Both the position numbers and the translations under genes were made by a program. Below the pieces are notes generated by a model. It was not told the DNA's origin, searched no databases, and saw nothing but the letters and a program-made list of their open reading frames with translations. Shown in pieces: positions 8,781 to 19,552 of a stretch of DNA of 64,000 nucleotides. Location: NCBI RefSeq assembly GCF_039595735.1, contig NZ_JBCNLB010000009.1:73562-137561 (forward strand). The letters run 5' to 3'. This stretch comes from Duganella sp. GTDB taxonomy: Bacteria; Pseudomonadota; Gammaproteobacteria; Burkholderiales; Burkholderiaceae_D. Position 1 is the stretch's first letter, and each line of letters begins with the position of its first letter.

Positions 8781-8802
8781 AAAAATCCCGTGAAATCACG
8801 GG
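8781..8802 (-). terminator. guaA terminator
   Basis: CCCGTGA-AA-TCACGGG stem, followed on the minus strand by a T run. Confidence 0.65.
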
Positions 8803-8853
8803 CTTAGCTGTGCTTTACTGCACTGTTAGTGCCAGCAGCTGCTAGACATCAAA

Positions 8854-10464
8854 TCATTCCCACTCGATAGTCGCAGGTGGCTTGCCGCTGATGTCGTACA
8901 CCACGCGGTTGATGCCGCGCACTTCGTTGATGATGCGGTTCGACACTTTGCCCAGCAGCGCGTGCGGCAGGTGCGCCCAGTGCGCGGTCATGAAGTCTTG
9001 CGTCTGCACCGCGCGCAGCGCCACCACGTATTCGTAGGTGCGGCCGTCGCCCATCACGCCCACCGATTTCACCGGCAGGAACACGGCAAACGCTTGCGAG
9101 GTCGCCTCGTACCAGTTCTGCGGCACGGCGTCCTGATCGAAGCCCGGCACCACGGTCGCCTCGTACGGCGTGTTGCGCAGTTCTTCGATGAAGATGGCGT
9201 CGGCCTGGCGCAGCAGGTCGGCGTATTCCTTCTTCACTTCGCCCAGGATGCGCACGCCCAGGCCCGGACCCGGGAATGGATGGCGGTAGACCATGTCATG
9301 CGGCAGGCCCAGCGCCACACCCAGCTTGCGCACTTCGTCCTTGAACAGTTCGCGCAGCGGCTCCAGCAGCTGCAGCTTCATGTGCTCCGGCAGGCCGCCG
9401 ACGTTGTGGTGCGACTTGATGGTCTGGCCTTTCTTGCCCTTGCCGGCCGACTCGATCACGTCCGGATAGATGGTGCCCTGCGCCAGCCATTTGGCGTTGA
9501 CCAGCTTGCCCGATTCGCGATCGAACACTTCCACGAACTCGCGGCCGATGATCTTGCGCTTCTGCTCAGGATCGGTGACGCCGGCCAGGTGGCCCATGAA
9601 CTGGTCTTCGGCGTCGATGCGGATCACTTTCACGCCCAGGTTCCTGGCGAACATGTCCATCACCATCTTGCCTTCGTTCAGGCGCAGCAGGCCGTGGTCG
9701 ACGAACACGCAGGTCAGCTGGTCGCCGATCGCGCGGTGGATCAGCGCTGCCGCCACCGATGAATCGACGCCGCCCGACAGGCCGAGGATGACTTCATCCG
9801 TGCCCACTTGCGCGCGGATTTTCTCGACCGCTTCCGAGATGTAGTCCGGCATGTTCCAGTCCGACTTGCAGCCGCAGATCTCGTGCACGAAGCGGCTCAG
9901 CATGACCTTGCCCTGCACGGTGTGGGTCACTTCCGGGTGCCACTGCACGCCGTAGAATTTCTTCTCTTCGTTGGCCATGGCGGCGATCGGGCACGACGGG
10001 GTGTCGCCCATCAGCACGAAGCCCGGCGGCATGTCCAGCACCTTGTCGCCGTGACTCATCCAGACCTTCTGCATGCCGTGGCCTTCGTCGGTCACGAAGT
10101 CGACGATGCCGTCCAGCAGCTTGGTGTGGTTGCGGGCACGCACTTCAGCGTAGCCGAATTCGCGCACCTTGCCGTTTTCCACCTTACCGCCCAGCTGCGC
10201 GGCCATGGTTTGCATGCCGTAGCAGATGCCCAGCACTGGCACGCCCAGTTCAAACACGGCGTCCGGCGCGCGCGGCGCATCGCCTTCCAGCGTCGAGCTG
10301 TGGCTGCCCGACAGGATCACGCCGGCGGCGCCATAGTTGCGCACGAATTCGTCGCTGACGTCATACGGATACACTTCCGAGAACACGCCGGAGTCGCGCA
10401 CGCGGCGCGCGATCAGCTGGGTAACCTGGGAGCCGAAATCGAGAATGAGGATTTTAGAGTGCAT
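8854..10464 (-). CDS. guaA: GMP synthase (glutamine-hydrolysing)
   Basis: [46 protein letters not shown] and terminal KPPATIEWE. Confidence 0.99.
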   Translation of the reverse strand: MHSKILILDFGSQVTQLIARRVRDSGVFSEVYPYDVSDEFVRNYGAAGVILSGSHSSTLEGDAPRAPDAVFELGVPVLGICYGMQTMAAQLGGKVENGKVREFGYAEVRARNHTKLLDGIVDFVTDEGHGMQKVWMSHGDKVLDMPPGFVLMGDTPSCPIAAMANEEKKFYGVQWHPEVTHTVQGKVMLSRFVHEICGCKSDWNMPDYISEAVEKIRAQVGTDEVILGLSGGVDSSVAAALIHRAIGDQLTCVFVDHGLLRLNEGKMVMDMFARNLGVKVIRIDAEDQFMGHLAGVTDPEQKRKIIGREFVEVFDRESGKLVNAKWLAQGTIYPDVIESAGKGKKGQTIKSHHNVGGLPEHMKLQLLEPLRELFKDEVRKLGVALGLPHDMVYRHPFPGPGLGVRILGEVKKEYADLLRQADAIFIEELRNTPYEATVVPGFDQDAVPQNWYEATSQAFAVFLPVKSVGVMGDGRTYEYVVALRAVQTQDFMTAHWAHLPHALLGKVSNRIINEVRGINRVVYDISGKPPATIEWE

Positions 10465-10489
10465 GGAGTTTGAACAAGTTTGAATATAG

Positions 10490-10516
10490 AAAAACGCCGG
10501 CGGGCCGCCGGCGTTT
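10490..10516 (-). terminator. Hairpin plus T run between guaB and guaA
   Basis: AAACGCCGGCG-N3-CGCCGGCGTTT, followed by a short T run on the minus strand. Confidence 0.55.
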
Positions 10517-10524
10517 GCAAGGTC

Positions 10525-12015
<1,491 letters not shown>

Positions 12016-12156
12016 TTATACAGGAAACGCCATTGTTTGTCTGCAACCGCCCCGGCACCAACGCCATTTACAAGAAGGCATTTTAAAAACACAACTAAAA
12101 ATGAAAATATGGTATATTTTTCAATTCTATGTGACAACTTTTATAGGAAAACACTT

Positions 12157-12753
12157 ATGATGAAAAAATACCTCAGCGCTGCTGCCGTGGGCCTCTCGAT
12201 CCTGCTCGCCTCGGCTGCCGCAAATGCGAAAGTCATTGACTTTGAGGACATCACTTTTTCGACACCTGGCTCGTTTCAAGGCGTGAACCTGACCAACCAG
12301 TACGGTTTGACGTTCACCGGCGGCCGCTACAACATCCCGACTTTGACGGCAACCAGCTACACCGGCTGGGGCGCGCATTCCGGCAGCAACTATGCCTGGG
12401 GCGACGGCTACGCTACGCCGATTGAGATCTCGGGCAAAAACATCACCCTGAACAGCTTCTGGGTACGCGCTGGCGTCACCACCGAAGAGTCGGAAATCAC
12501 CGTGAGAGCATTTAAAGACAACAATGTGGTGGCATCCAAGACCTTCAGCGCTAACGCGGACTACCACCTGGAAACATTCAACTTTGCCGGCATTGATACG
12601 ATCTACATCACCAGCCGTGGCGCCCCGGTCGTTATTCTGGACGACATCGATATCGGTTTTGCGGCCCCAGTGCCGGAACCAGGCAGCTACGCAATGCTGC
12701 TGGGCGGCTTAGGTCTGCTGCTGATTGCCGCACGCCGCCAGCGACGCTCTTGA
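12157..12753 (+). CDS. PEP-CTERM sorting domain protein
   Basis: Signal peptide; C-terminal VPEPGSYAMLLGGLGLLLIAARRQRRS; SD AGGA before ATG 12157. Confidence 0.92.
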   Translation: MMKKYLSAAAVGLSILLASAAANAKVIDFEDITFSTPGSFQGVNLTNQYGLTFTGGRYNIPTLTATSYTGWGAHSGSNYAWGDGYATPIEISGKNITLNSFWVRAGVTTEESEITVRAFKDNNVVASKTFSANADYHLETFNFAGIDTIYITSRGAPVVILDDIDIGFAAPVPEPGSYAMLLGGLGLLLIAARRQRRS

Positions 12754-12764
12754 ATTGCCCCGAC

Positions 12765-12789
12765 AAAAGCCCTTCGGGGCTTTTTTTTT
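12765..12789 (+). terminator. Rho-independent terminator
   Basis: AAAAGCCC-TTCG-GGGC followed by a long T run. Confidence 0.9.
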
Positions 12790-12960
12790 CGTCCCTGGCA
12801 TTTAGTTACAGCAATTGTTAAATTTTGCTGCGCGGAATTGGTGTTGTTTTAACGCTAATCTAAAAATATTGATATCTTTACTTGCCTTTTTTAAGGTGCA
12901 ACCAACAGCCCGGTAGCTGCATCTGCCGGTCACTATAACGCTATGTATAGGGGTTCTACG

Positions 12961-13434
12961 ATGAAACTGAAACTACTCGCTGCTGCTGTACTCGCTGGCG
13001 CTGCCTTCTCCGCCAGCGCTGCCGATCAATGGATCAATATCGGCCTGGGGACGACGCAATTCTTCGGTACGCCGACGCTGCTGGAAGGCGGCTCGGACAC
13101 CCTGACCTTCGACGGTCTGGCAAGCGGCCAGTACAATGTTACTGTCTCGTATCAGGGCAACTTCCTGAATATCGACACGGTCACGCTGAACAACAACCTG
13201 GGCACCGCCCTGGTTATCGGCGGCCCAACCGGCTATTTCAGCATTGGCGGCCTCACCATCAACGGCAATTCGCCGTTCACCCTGGTGCTGTCGGGTGACG
13301 AAGCCACTTCGTCGCTGGCGCAGTACCAAGGTGCCATCACCGTCACCGCCGTACCTGAGCCTGCCACCTACGGCATGCTGCTGGGCGGCCTGGGCCTGCT
13401 GGGTCTGGCGGCACGTCGCAAGAAGCAGTCGTAA
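12961..13434 (+). CDS. FxDxF-type PEP-CTERM protein
   Basis: MKLKLLAAAVLAG signal peptide, GSDTLTF segment and VPEPATYGMLLGGLGLLGLAARRKKQS tail. Confidence 0.88.
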   Translation: MKLKLLAAAVLAGAAFSASAADQWINIGLGTTQFFGTPTLLEGGSDTLTFDGLASGQYNVTVSYQGNFLNIDTVTLNNNLGTALVIGGPTGYFSIGGLTINGNSPFTLVLSGDEATSSLAQYQGAITVTAVPEPATYGMLLGGLGLLGLAARRKKQS

Positions 13435-13508
13435 GCAGTTGCAGCGCTCCAGTTGACAGTTGCCATAAATCATGGCGAAATCGTTGCATGTCTCCTGGAG
13501 CGCTTTTT

Positions 13509-14000
13509 ATGAATCCCCGTCATCAGCTATGGGCAGTCCTGCTGCTCGCCGCCTCCCCGCTGGCGCTGGCACAATATATGTGGCTGGATGAGAAAGGCGT
13601 CAAACAGTTCTCCGACCGCCCGCCGCCGCCCAATGTGCCGGAAAAACGCATTCTGAAGGCACCCGGCAAGCCCCTATTCAATCCTAATGCGCCCGCCGAG
13701 GCTGAACCGGCCGCCGGCGCGCCCGCAGCCAAGCCCGCGCCCACATTGGCCGAACGCAACACCGATTTCAACAAGCGCAAGGCCGAAGCGGCGGAAGCCG
13801 AGAAACAGGCTGCCGCCAATGCCCAGCGCAAGGCCGACGAGGCCGCCAATTGCAATGCCGCACGCCAGAACCAGCAGGCGCTCGACCAGGGCTTGCGCCT
13901 GAGCACCTACGATAAAAACGGCGAACGCGGCTATATGAACGACCAGCAACGCGAAGAATTGCGCAAAAACACGCAAAAAGTGTTGGCCGAATGCAAATAG
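13509..14000 (+). CDS. DUF4124 domain protein
   Basis: Signal peptide followed by YMWLDEKGVKQFSDRPPP and a coiled-coil C-terminus. Confidence 0.85.
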   Translation: MNPRHQLWAVLLLAASPLALAQYMWLDEKGVKQFSDRPPPPNVPEKRILKAPGKPLFNPNAPAEAEPAAGAPAAKPAPTLAERNTDFNKRKAEAAEAEKQAAANAQRKADEAANCNAARQNQQALDQGLRLSTYDKNGERGYMNDQQREELRKNTQKVLAECK

Positions 14001-14029
14001 ATATTCTTCCTTTGGGCATAGCTGCCGTA

Positions 14030-14043
14030 TGATATCGCTATCA
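14030..14043. promoter_or_regulatory. GntR(LacI)-type operator 1
   Basis: TGATATCGCTATCA near-palindrome upstream of the regulator gene. Confidence 0.65.
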
Positions 14044-14063
14044 ATATCCTCTACAGTGCAGCA

Positions 14064-15092
14064 ATGACCAAGACTCAAGCCGGCAAGAGCCGCGCCAGCG
14101 GCCGTATCACCCTCGCCATGGTGGCCGAGCGGGCTGGTGTGGCCACCATGACCGCCTCGCGCGCCATTACCCAACCGGAGATGGTGTCGCAGGCGCTGCG
14201 CGACCGCGTCGATGCCGCGGTGGCCGAGCTCGGCTATGTGCCCAACCGCGCCGCCCGCGCCCTGGCCTCGTCGCAATCCAAGGTCATTGCCGTGCTGGTG
14301 CCGTCGCTGTCGAACGCGGTGTTTACCGAGGTGCTGGCCGGCATCCAGGATGCGCTGGACGCCGACGATTACCAGATCCTGATCGGCAACACCCGCTATT
14401 CCGACAAGGAAGAGGAAAAACTGATCAACACCTACCTGCAGTCGAATCCGGACGGCATGCTGCTGTCCGGCCTGAGCCACAGCCCGCGCGTGCAGCAAAT
14501 CCTGTCCACGCTGCGCATGCCGGTGGTGTCGATGATGGACATGTCCACCGATCCCGAGCAGTACACCGTGGGCTTCTCGCAATTCCAGGCCGGCCACGCC
14601 ATGACGCGCTACCTGCTGGACAAGGGCCACAAGCGCATCGGCTTCATCGGCGCGCAGTTGGACGAACGTACCCTGCGCCGCGCCGAAGGCTACCGCAAGG
14701 CCATGCAGGAAGCCGGCCGCGCCGACGCCAAGCTGGAGGTGATGGTGGCCGAGCCATCCACCATCGCGCTGGGCGCCGAGCTGCTGGGGCGCATGCTGGC
14801 TCAGGCGCCCGATTGCGACGCCATCTTCTGCTGCAACGACGACCTGGCGCACGGCGCCATCTACCAGTGCCAGCGGCGCGGCATTGCCGTGCCGGCCCAG
14901 CTGGCGATTTGCGGCTTCAACGACCTGCCGGCCTCTGCCTGGATGAATCCGTCCCTGACCACCATCGGCACGCCGCGCTACCGCATCGGCTACGAGGCGG
15001 CCGCCCTGCTGCGCTCGGTCATCAAGGGCGAACAGCCGGCCACCCGCCAGATCGACCTGGGCTTCACCCTGATGGCACGCGAAAGCGCCTGA
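14064..15092 (+). CDS. gntR: LacI-family regulator, GntR (gluconate) type
   Basis: ITLAMVAERAGVATMTASRA HTH, LGYVPNRAARALAS, CGFNDL; adjacent to gluconokinase. Confidence 0.88.
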   Translation: MTKTQAGKSRASGRITLAMVAERAGVATMTASRAITQPEMVSQALRDRVDAAVAELGYVPNRAARALASSQSKVIAVLVPSLSNAVFTEVLAGIQDALDADDYQILIGNTRYSDKEEEKLINTYLQSNPDGMLLSGLSHSPRVQQILSTLRMPVVSMMDMSTDPEQYTVGFSQFQAGHAMTRYLLDKGHKRIGFIGAQLDERTLRRAEGYRKAMQEAGRADAKLEVMVAEPSTIALGAELLGRMLAQAPDCDAIFCCNDDLAHGAIYQCQRRGIAVPAQLAICGFNDLPASAWMNPSLTTIGTPRYRIGYEAAALLRSVIKGEQPATRQIDLGFTLMARESA

Positions 15093-15171
15093 TCGACACG
15101 GCGGCCGTCTGCTGCGCCGCACCATCGATAGTGCTTTACAAATTTCGCAATCCGTCTAAACTCGTCGCATC

Positions 15172-15185
15172 TGTTAGCGCTATCA
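15172..15185. promoter_or_regulatory. GntR(LacI)-type operator 2
   Basis: TGTTAGCGCTATCA, 5 nt before the gluconokinase ATG. Confidence 0.7.
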
Positions 15186-15190
15186 TTCAT

Positions 15191-15703
15191 ATGCTCAAAA
15201 GTGTACAAACGAAGTCGGCGCGCTGGGTCGTCATGGGCGTCAGCGGCTGCGGCAAAAGCTCGGTTGGGTTGCAGCTGGCCAGCGCGCTGGAAGTGCCCTT
15301 CCTGGAAGGCGACACTTACCATTCCTATGAAAACGTGGCCAAGATGACGGCCGGCGTGGCGCTGACCGATGCCGACCGCGCCGACTGGCTGTGGGCGCTG
15401 CACCGCGAAATCCGCGAAGCCCGCCTCAAGCACTCCGGGCTGGTGCTGTCCTGTTCATCATTGAAACGCCGCTACCGCGACCTGCTGCGCAGCGCCGATC
15501 CGGAATTGCGCTTCGCCCACCTGGCCGGCCCGCGCGAGCTGATCGCCGGGCGCATGGCCGCGCGCAAGGACCACTACATGCCCACCACCCTGCTGGACAG
15601 TCAACTGGCCACGCTGGAACCGCTGGAAGATGACGAAGCCGGCATCGTGCTGGACATCGTCCAGCAACCAGCCGAACTGGTGCGGCAGATTCTAAGAATA
15701 TAG
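15191..15703 (+). CDS. gntK: Gluconokinase (GntK/IdnK type)
   Basis: VVMGVSGCGKSS P-loop, LTDADRADWL, CSSLKRRYRD and YMPTTLLDSQLATLE. Confidence 0.93.
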   Translation: MLKSVQTKSARWVVMGVSGCGKSSVGLQLASALEVPFLEGDTYHSYENVAKMTAGVALTDADRADWLWALHREIREARLKHSGLVLSCSSLKRRYRDLLRSADPELRFAHLAGPRELIAGRMAARKDHYMPTTLLDSQLATLEPLEDDEAGIVLDIVQQPAELVRQILRI

Positions 15704-15715
15704 TTACCGCTATCA
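15702..15715. promoter_or_regulatory. GntR(LacI)-type operator 3
   Basis: AGTTACCGCTATCA between gntK and the transporter gene. Confidence 0.6.
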
Positions 15716-15794
15716 AAGAGCTCTCCCCGGAACTTTAACCAGTTCCGTTCAGGCAGTGTTACGCTGCCTGCTTTTACAAGCGTATGAGAACAAC

Positions 15795-17132
15795 GTGAAC
15801 AAACAACTGACCTGGCGCGAAAAAATCAGCTACGGCGTGGCCGACATGGGCTTCAATTTTTATTGGACCAACGTCGCCACCTTCCTGCTGATTTACTACA
15901 CCGACACCTTCGGCATTTCAGCCGCAGCGGCCGCGTCTATGATGTTCACGATCAAAATCATCAACGCATTCACCGACCCCATGATCGGCGCCGCGGCCGA
16001 CCGCACCAGCACCCGCTGGGGCAAGTTCCGCCCTTACCTGATCTGGGTGCCGCTGCCGCTGGCCTGCGCGGCCTTCCTTACCTACACCACGCCCGACCTG
16101 TCGGAAGATGGCAAGATCATTTGGGCCTACGGCACTTACCTGGCCATGATGGTGTGCTACACCTGCATCAACATCCCGTACAACGCCCTGTCCGGCGTGC
16201 TGTCGGCCGATGCGCAGGAACGCTCCACCGTCAACGGCCTGCGCTTCATCTTCGCCTTTGCCGGCGGCACGCTGGTGACGGCAGCCACGCCGTGGCTGGT
16301 GCACCATCTGGGCGGCGGCAACGACAAGCTGGGCTGGCAGCTGACCATGCTGGCGTGGAGCGTGTTTGCCTCCGTGTTGTTCGTGCTGACCTTCCTCAAC
16401 ACGCGCGAGCGCATCGCCCCGCCCGCCGAGCAGAAGACCAATGTCTGGCAGGACGTGCGCGACCTGTCGCAGAACCGCCCGTGGGTGGCGCTGTTCTTCC
16501 TGGCGCTGATCATCATGATCACCATCACGCTGCGCACCAGCAGTGCGGCCTATTACTTCAAGTACGTGGTGGAACGCCCGGACCTGATGGCGGGCTTTGT
16601 GCCGGCCTACATGATGGCCGCCGCCGCCGGCGCCTCGCTGACGCCGCTGATGACGCGCTTCATCGATAAAAAGAAGCTGATGATGATCCTGATGAGCATC
16701 ACTGCCGTGCTGTCCTCGGCCTTCTTCTTCGTGCCGAAAGACCAGATCTGGCTGATGTTCGCGCTGCAGATCGGCATGGGCCTGGCGCTGGGGCCGAAGT
16801 CGCCGCTGGCCTTCTCCATGTACGCCGACACCGCCGACTACAATGAATGGCGCACCGGCCGCCGCGCCACCGCCATGACCTTTGCCGCCGCCACCTTCTC
16901 GCAAAAGCTGGGCACCGCGGTCGCGGTGGCGGTGATCGGCGCCATCTTCACCAGGCTGGGCTATGTTGCCAACGCCGCGCAGACGGCGGTGTCGCAGGCC
17001 GGCATCGTCTGGCTGATGTCCTTTATTCCCGCTGTCTTCGCGCTGCTCGCGGTGGCGGTCATGTTCTTCTACAACCTCGATAACCACAAACTGCTGCAGA
17101 TCCAGAAGGATCTGGAAGCGCGCAAATCCTGA
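15795..17132 (+). CDS. Glycoside-pentoside-hexuronide (GPH/MFS) symporter
   Basis: [46 protein letters not shown] and QKLG motifs; GTG start assumed. Confidence 0.92.
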   Translation: MNKQLTWREKISYGVADMGFNFYWTNVATFLLIYYTDTFGISAAAAASMMFTIKIINAFTDPMIGAAADRTSTRWGKFRPYLIWVPLPLACAAFLTYTTPDLSEDGKIIWAYGTYLAMMVCYTCINIPYNALSGVLSADAQERSTVNGLRFIFAFAGGTLVTAATPWLVHHLGGGNDKLGWQLTMLAWSVFASVLFVLTFLNTRERIAPPAEQKTNVWQDVRDLSQNRPWVALFFLALIIMITITLRTSSAAYYFKYVVERPDLMAGFVPAYMMAAAAGASLTPLMTRFIDKKKLMMILMSITAVLSSAFFFVPKDQIWLMFALQIGMGLALGPKSPLAFSMYADTADYNEWRTGRRATAMTFAAATFSQKLGTAVAVAVIGAIFTRLGYVANAAQTAVSQAGIVWLMSFIPAVFALLAVAVMFFYNLDNHKLLQIQKDLEARKS

Positions 17133-17139
17133 CGGAGAG

Positions 17140-19515
17140 ATGTCTATGTTACGCCCCACCCACAACGGCGACCGCTATGAACTGACCAGCGCCACGGCCA
17201 TGCCGCAGGCGGCCGGTTTCCTGTGGAATCAGAAGATGATGATACAGATCACCTGCCGCGGCTACGCCACCGCGCAGTTCATGCAGCCGGAACCGGCCAA
17301 GTACGCGCATGCGCCGAATCTGGAAGCCAAGACCTTCATGCAGCCGGAGCAGAACTACTACGCCCACCACCCGGGCCGCTTCTTCTACATCAAGGATGAG
17401 GAAACGGGCGAGCTGTTCTCGGCGCCGTACGAACCGGTGCGTGCCAAGGTCGGCAGCTTCAATTTCTCGGTTGGCAAAAGCAATCTGGCCTGGACCGTCG
17501 AGCACCTGGGCGTGCGCGTCGAACTGACCCTGAGCCTGCCGGTGGCGGATGTGGTGGAACTGTGGTCGCTGCGCGTGACCAACATCTCGGGCCGCGCGCG
17601 CAAGCTGAGCGTCTATCCCTACTTCCCGATCGGCTACATGTCGTGGATGAACCAGTCCGGCGAATACCGTGCCGACCTGGGCGGCGTGGTGGCCAGCAGC
17701 GTCACGCCGTATCAAAAGGTGGCCGACTATTTCAAGCAGAAGGACTTCAAGGACAAGACCTACTTCCTGTGCGAGCAGACGCCCGACGCGTGGGAAGTGC
17801 GGCAGTCGGCCTTCGAAGGCGAAGGCACGCTGAACCGTCCGGAAGCCATCGACGCCGAACAACTGGGCAACAGCGACGCGCGCTACGAAACGCCCACCGC
17901 CGTGGTGCAATACCGCCTGGCGCTGGCCGATGGCGAAGCGCGCGATTACCGCTTCCTGTTCGGCCCGGCGTTTGACGATGCCGAAATCAAGGCCGTGCGC
18001 GCCAAATACCTGAGCGCCCAGGCCTTCGCCGCCACGCAGCAGGCATACGCGGCCTACATCGCCAGCGGCACCGGCTGCCTGCGCATTGCAACGCCGGACG
18101 CCGACCTTGACAACTTCGTCAACCACTGGCTGCCGCGCCAGGTGTTCTACCACGGCGACGTCAACCGCCTGAGCACCGACCCGCAAACCCGCAACTACCT
18201 GCAGGACAATATGGGCATGAGCTTCATCAAGCCCAGCGTGATGCGCGCCGCCTTCCTGCACGCGCTGTCGCAGCAGGAAGCCAGCGGCGCCATGCCGGAC
18301 GGCATCCTGCTGGCGGAAGGTGCCGAGCTCAAGTACATCAACCAGGTGCCGCACACCGATCACTGCGTGTGGCTGCCGGTGGCGCTGAAAGTCTACCTCG
18401 ACGAAACCGGCGACTACGACATCCTCAACGAGGACGTGGTCGGCGCCGAATCCGGCGTCGCCCTCACCGTCTCCGAGCGCGTGAGCAGCGCCATGGACTG
18501 GCTGCTGCAGGCGCGCGACAAACGCGGCCTCAGCTACATCGCCCAGGGCGACTGGTGCGACCCGATGAACATGGTGGGCTACAAGGGCCGCGGCGTGTCC
18601 GGCTGGCTGACCGTGGCCACCGCTTACGCGCTCAACCTGTGGGCCGAGATTTGCGAAACCACCGGCGCCAGTTCCTCGCTGGCGGAAAGCGCCAGGCACT
18701 TCCGCGCCGGCGCGCGCGCCGTCAACCGCGCCGCCAATGAACACTTCTGGGACGGCGAGTGGTTTGCACGCGGCATCACCGATGACGACGTGGTGTTCGG
18801 CACCAGCAAGGACCAGGAAGGCCGCATCTGGCTCAATCCGCAGGCGTGGGCCATTCTGGGCGGCGCCGCCAGCCCGCAACAGCACGCGTCGATGCTGGCC
18901 CAGGTCGATGCGCAACTGGTGACGCCATACGGCGTGCAGATGTTCGCGCCGCCATTCAGCGCCATGCGCGACGACGTCGGCCGGGTGACGCAAAAACACC
19001 CGGGTTCGGCCGAGAACGGCGCGGTGTACAACCACGCTGCCGTGTTTTACATCTACAGCCTGTACAGCATTGGCGAGAGCGACCGCGCCTACCAGTTGCT
19101 GCGCCGCATGCTGCCCGGCCCGAGCGAGGCCGACTACGTCCAGCGCGGCCAGCTGCCGGTGTTCATCCCCAACTATTACCGCGGCGCCTGGCACGAATAT
19201 CCGCGCACGGCCGGCCGCTCCAGCCAGCTGTTCAACACCGGCACGGTATCGTGGGCTTACCAATGCTTTATCGAAGGCCTGTGCGGCTTGAAGGGCAATG
19301 CCGACGGCCTGGTGATCAAGCCGCAGCTGCCGTCGCACTGGGATGGGATCAAGGTGGTGCGTCAGTTCCGTCATGCTACTTTCAATGTGTCTATACAACG
19401 TGGCGACGTCAGCGAGATTCAGGTCTGGCATGACGGCAAGCGTTTGACTGAAAACGTTTTCACCGGTATCGTTGCGGGCGGAGCATATGCGCTGGAGGTT
19501 TTCATCCCGCGCTGA
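17140..19515 (+). CDS. GH94 glycoside phosphorylase, cellobionic acid phosphorylase type
   Basis: [48 protein letters not shown] (catalytic Asp), HPGSAENG and LFNTGT closely follow my recollection of characterised Saccharophagus/Xanthomonas CBAP sequences. Confidence 0.88.
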   Translation: MSMLRPTHNGDRYELTSATAMPQAAGFLWNQKMMIQITCRGYATAQFMQPEPAKYAHAPNLEAKTFMQPEQNYYAHHPGRFFYIKDEETGELFSAPYEPVRAKVGSFNFSVGKSNLAWTVEHLGVRVELTLSLPVADVVELWSLRVTNISGRARKLSVYPYFPIGYMSWMNQSGEYRADLGGVVASSVTPYQKVADYFKQKDFKDKTYFLCEQTPDAWEVRQSAFEGEGTLNRPEAIDAEQLGNSDARYETPTAVVQYRLALADGEARDYRFLFGPAFDDAEIKAVRAKYLSAQAFAATQQAYAAYIASGTGCLRIATPDADLDNFVNHWLPRQVFYHGDVNRLSTDPQTRNYLQDNMGMSFIKPSVMRAAFLHALSQQEASGAMPDGILLAEGAELKYINQVPHTDHCVWLPVALKVYLDETGDYDILNEDVVGAESGVALTVSERVSSAMDWLLQARDKRGLSYIAQGDWCDPMNMVGYKGRGVSGWLTVATAYALNLWAEICETTGASSSLAESARHFRAGARAVNRAANEHFWDGEWFARGITDDDVVFGTSKDQEGRIWLNPQAWAILGGAASPQQHASMLAQVDAQLVTPYGVQMFAPPFSAMRDDVGRVTQKHPGSAENGAVYNHAAVFYIYSLYSIGESDRAYQLLRRMLPGPSEADYVQRGQLPVFIPNYYRGAWHEYPRTAGRSSQLFNTGTVSWAYQCFIEGLCGLKGNADGLVIKPQLPSHWDGIKVVRQFRHATFNVSIQRGDVSEIQVWHDGKRLTENVFTGIVAGGAYALEVFIPR

Positions 19516-19552
19516 TTGATTAATTCAAATAACTACAAGGACAATTTACTGT

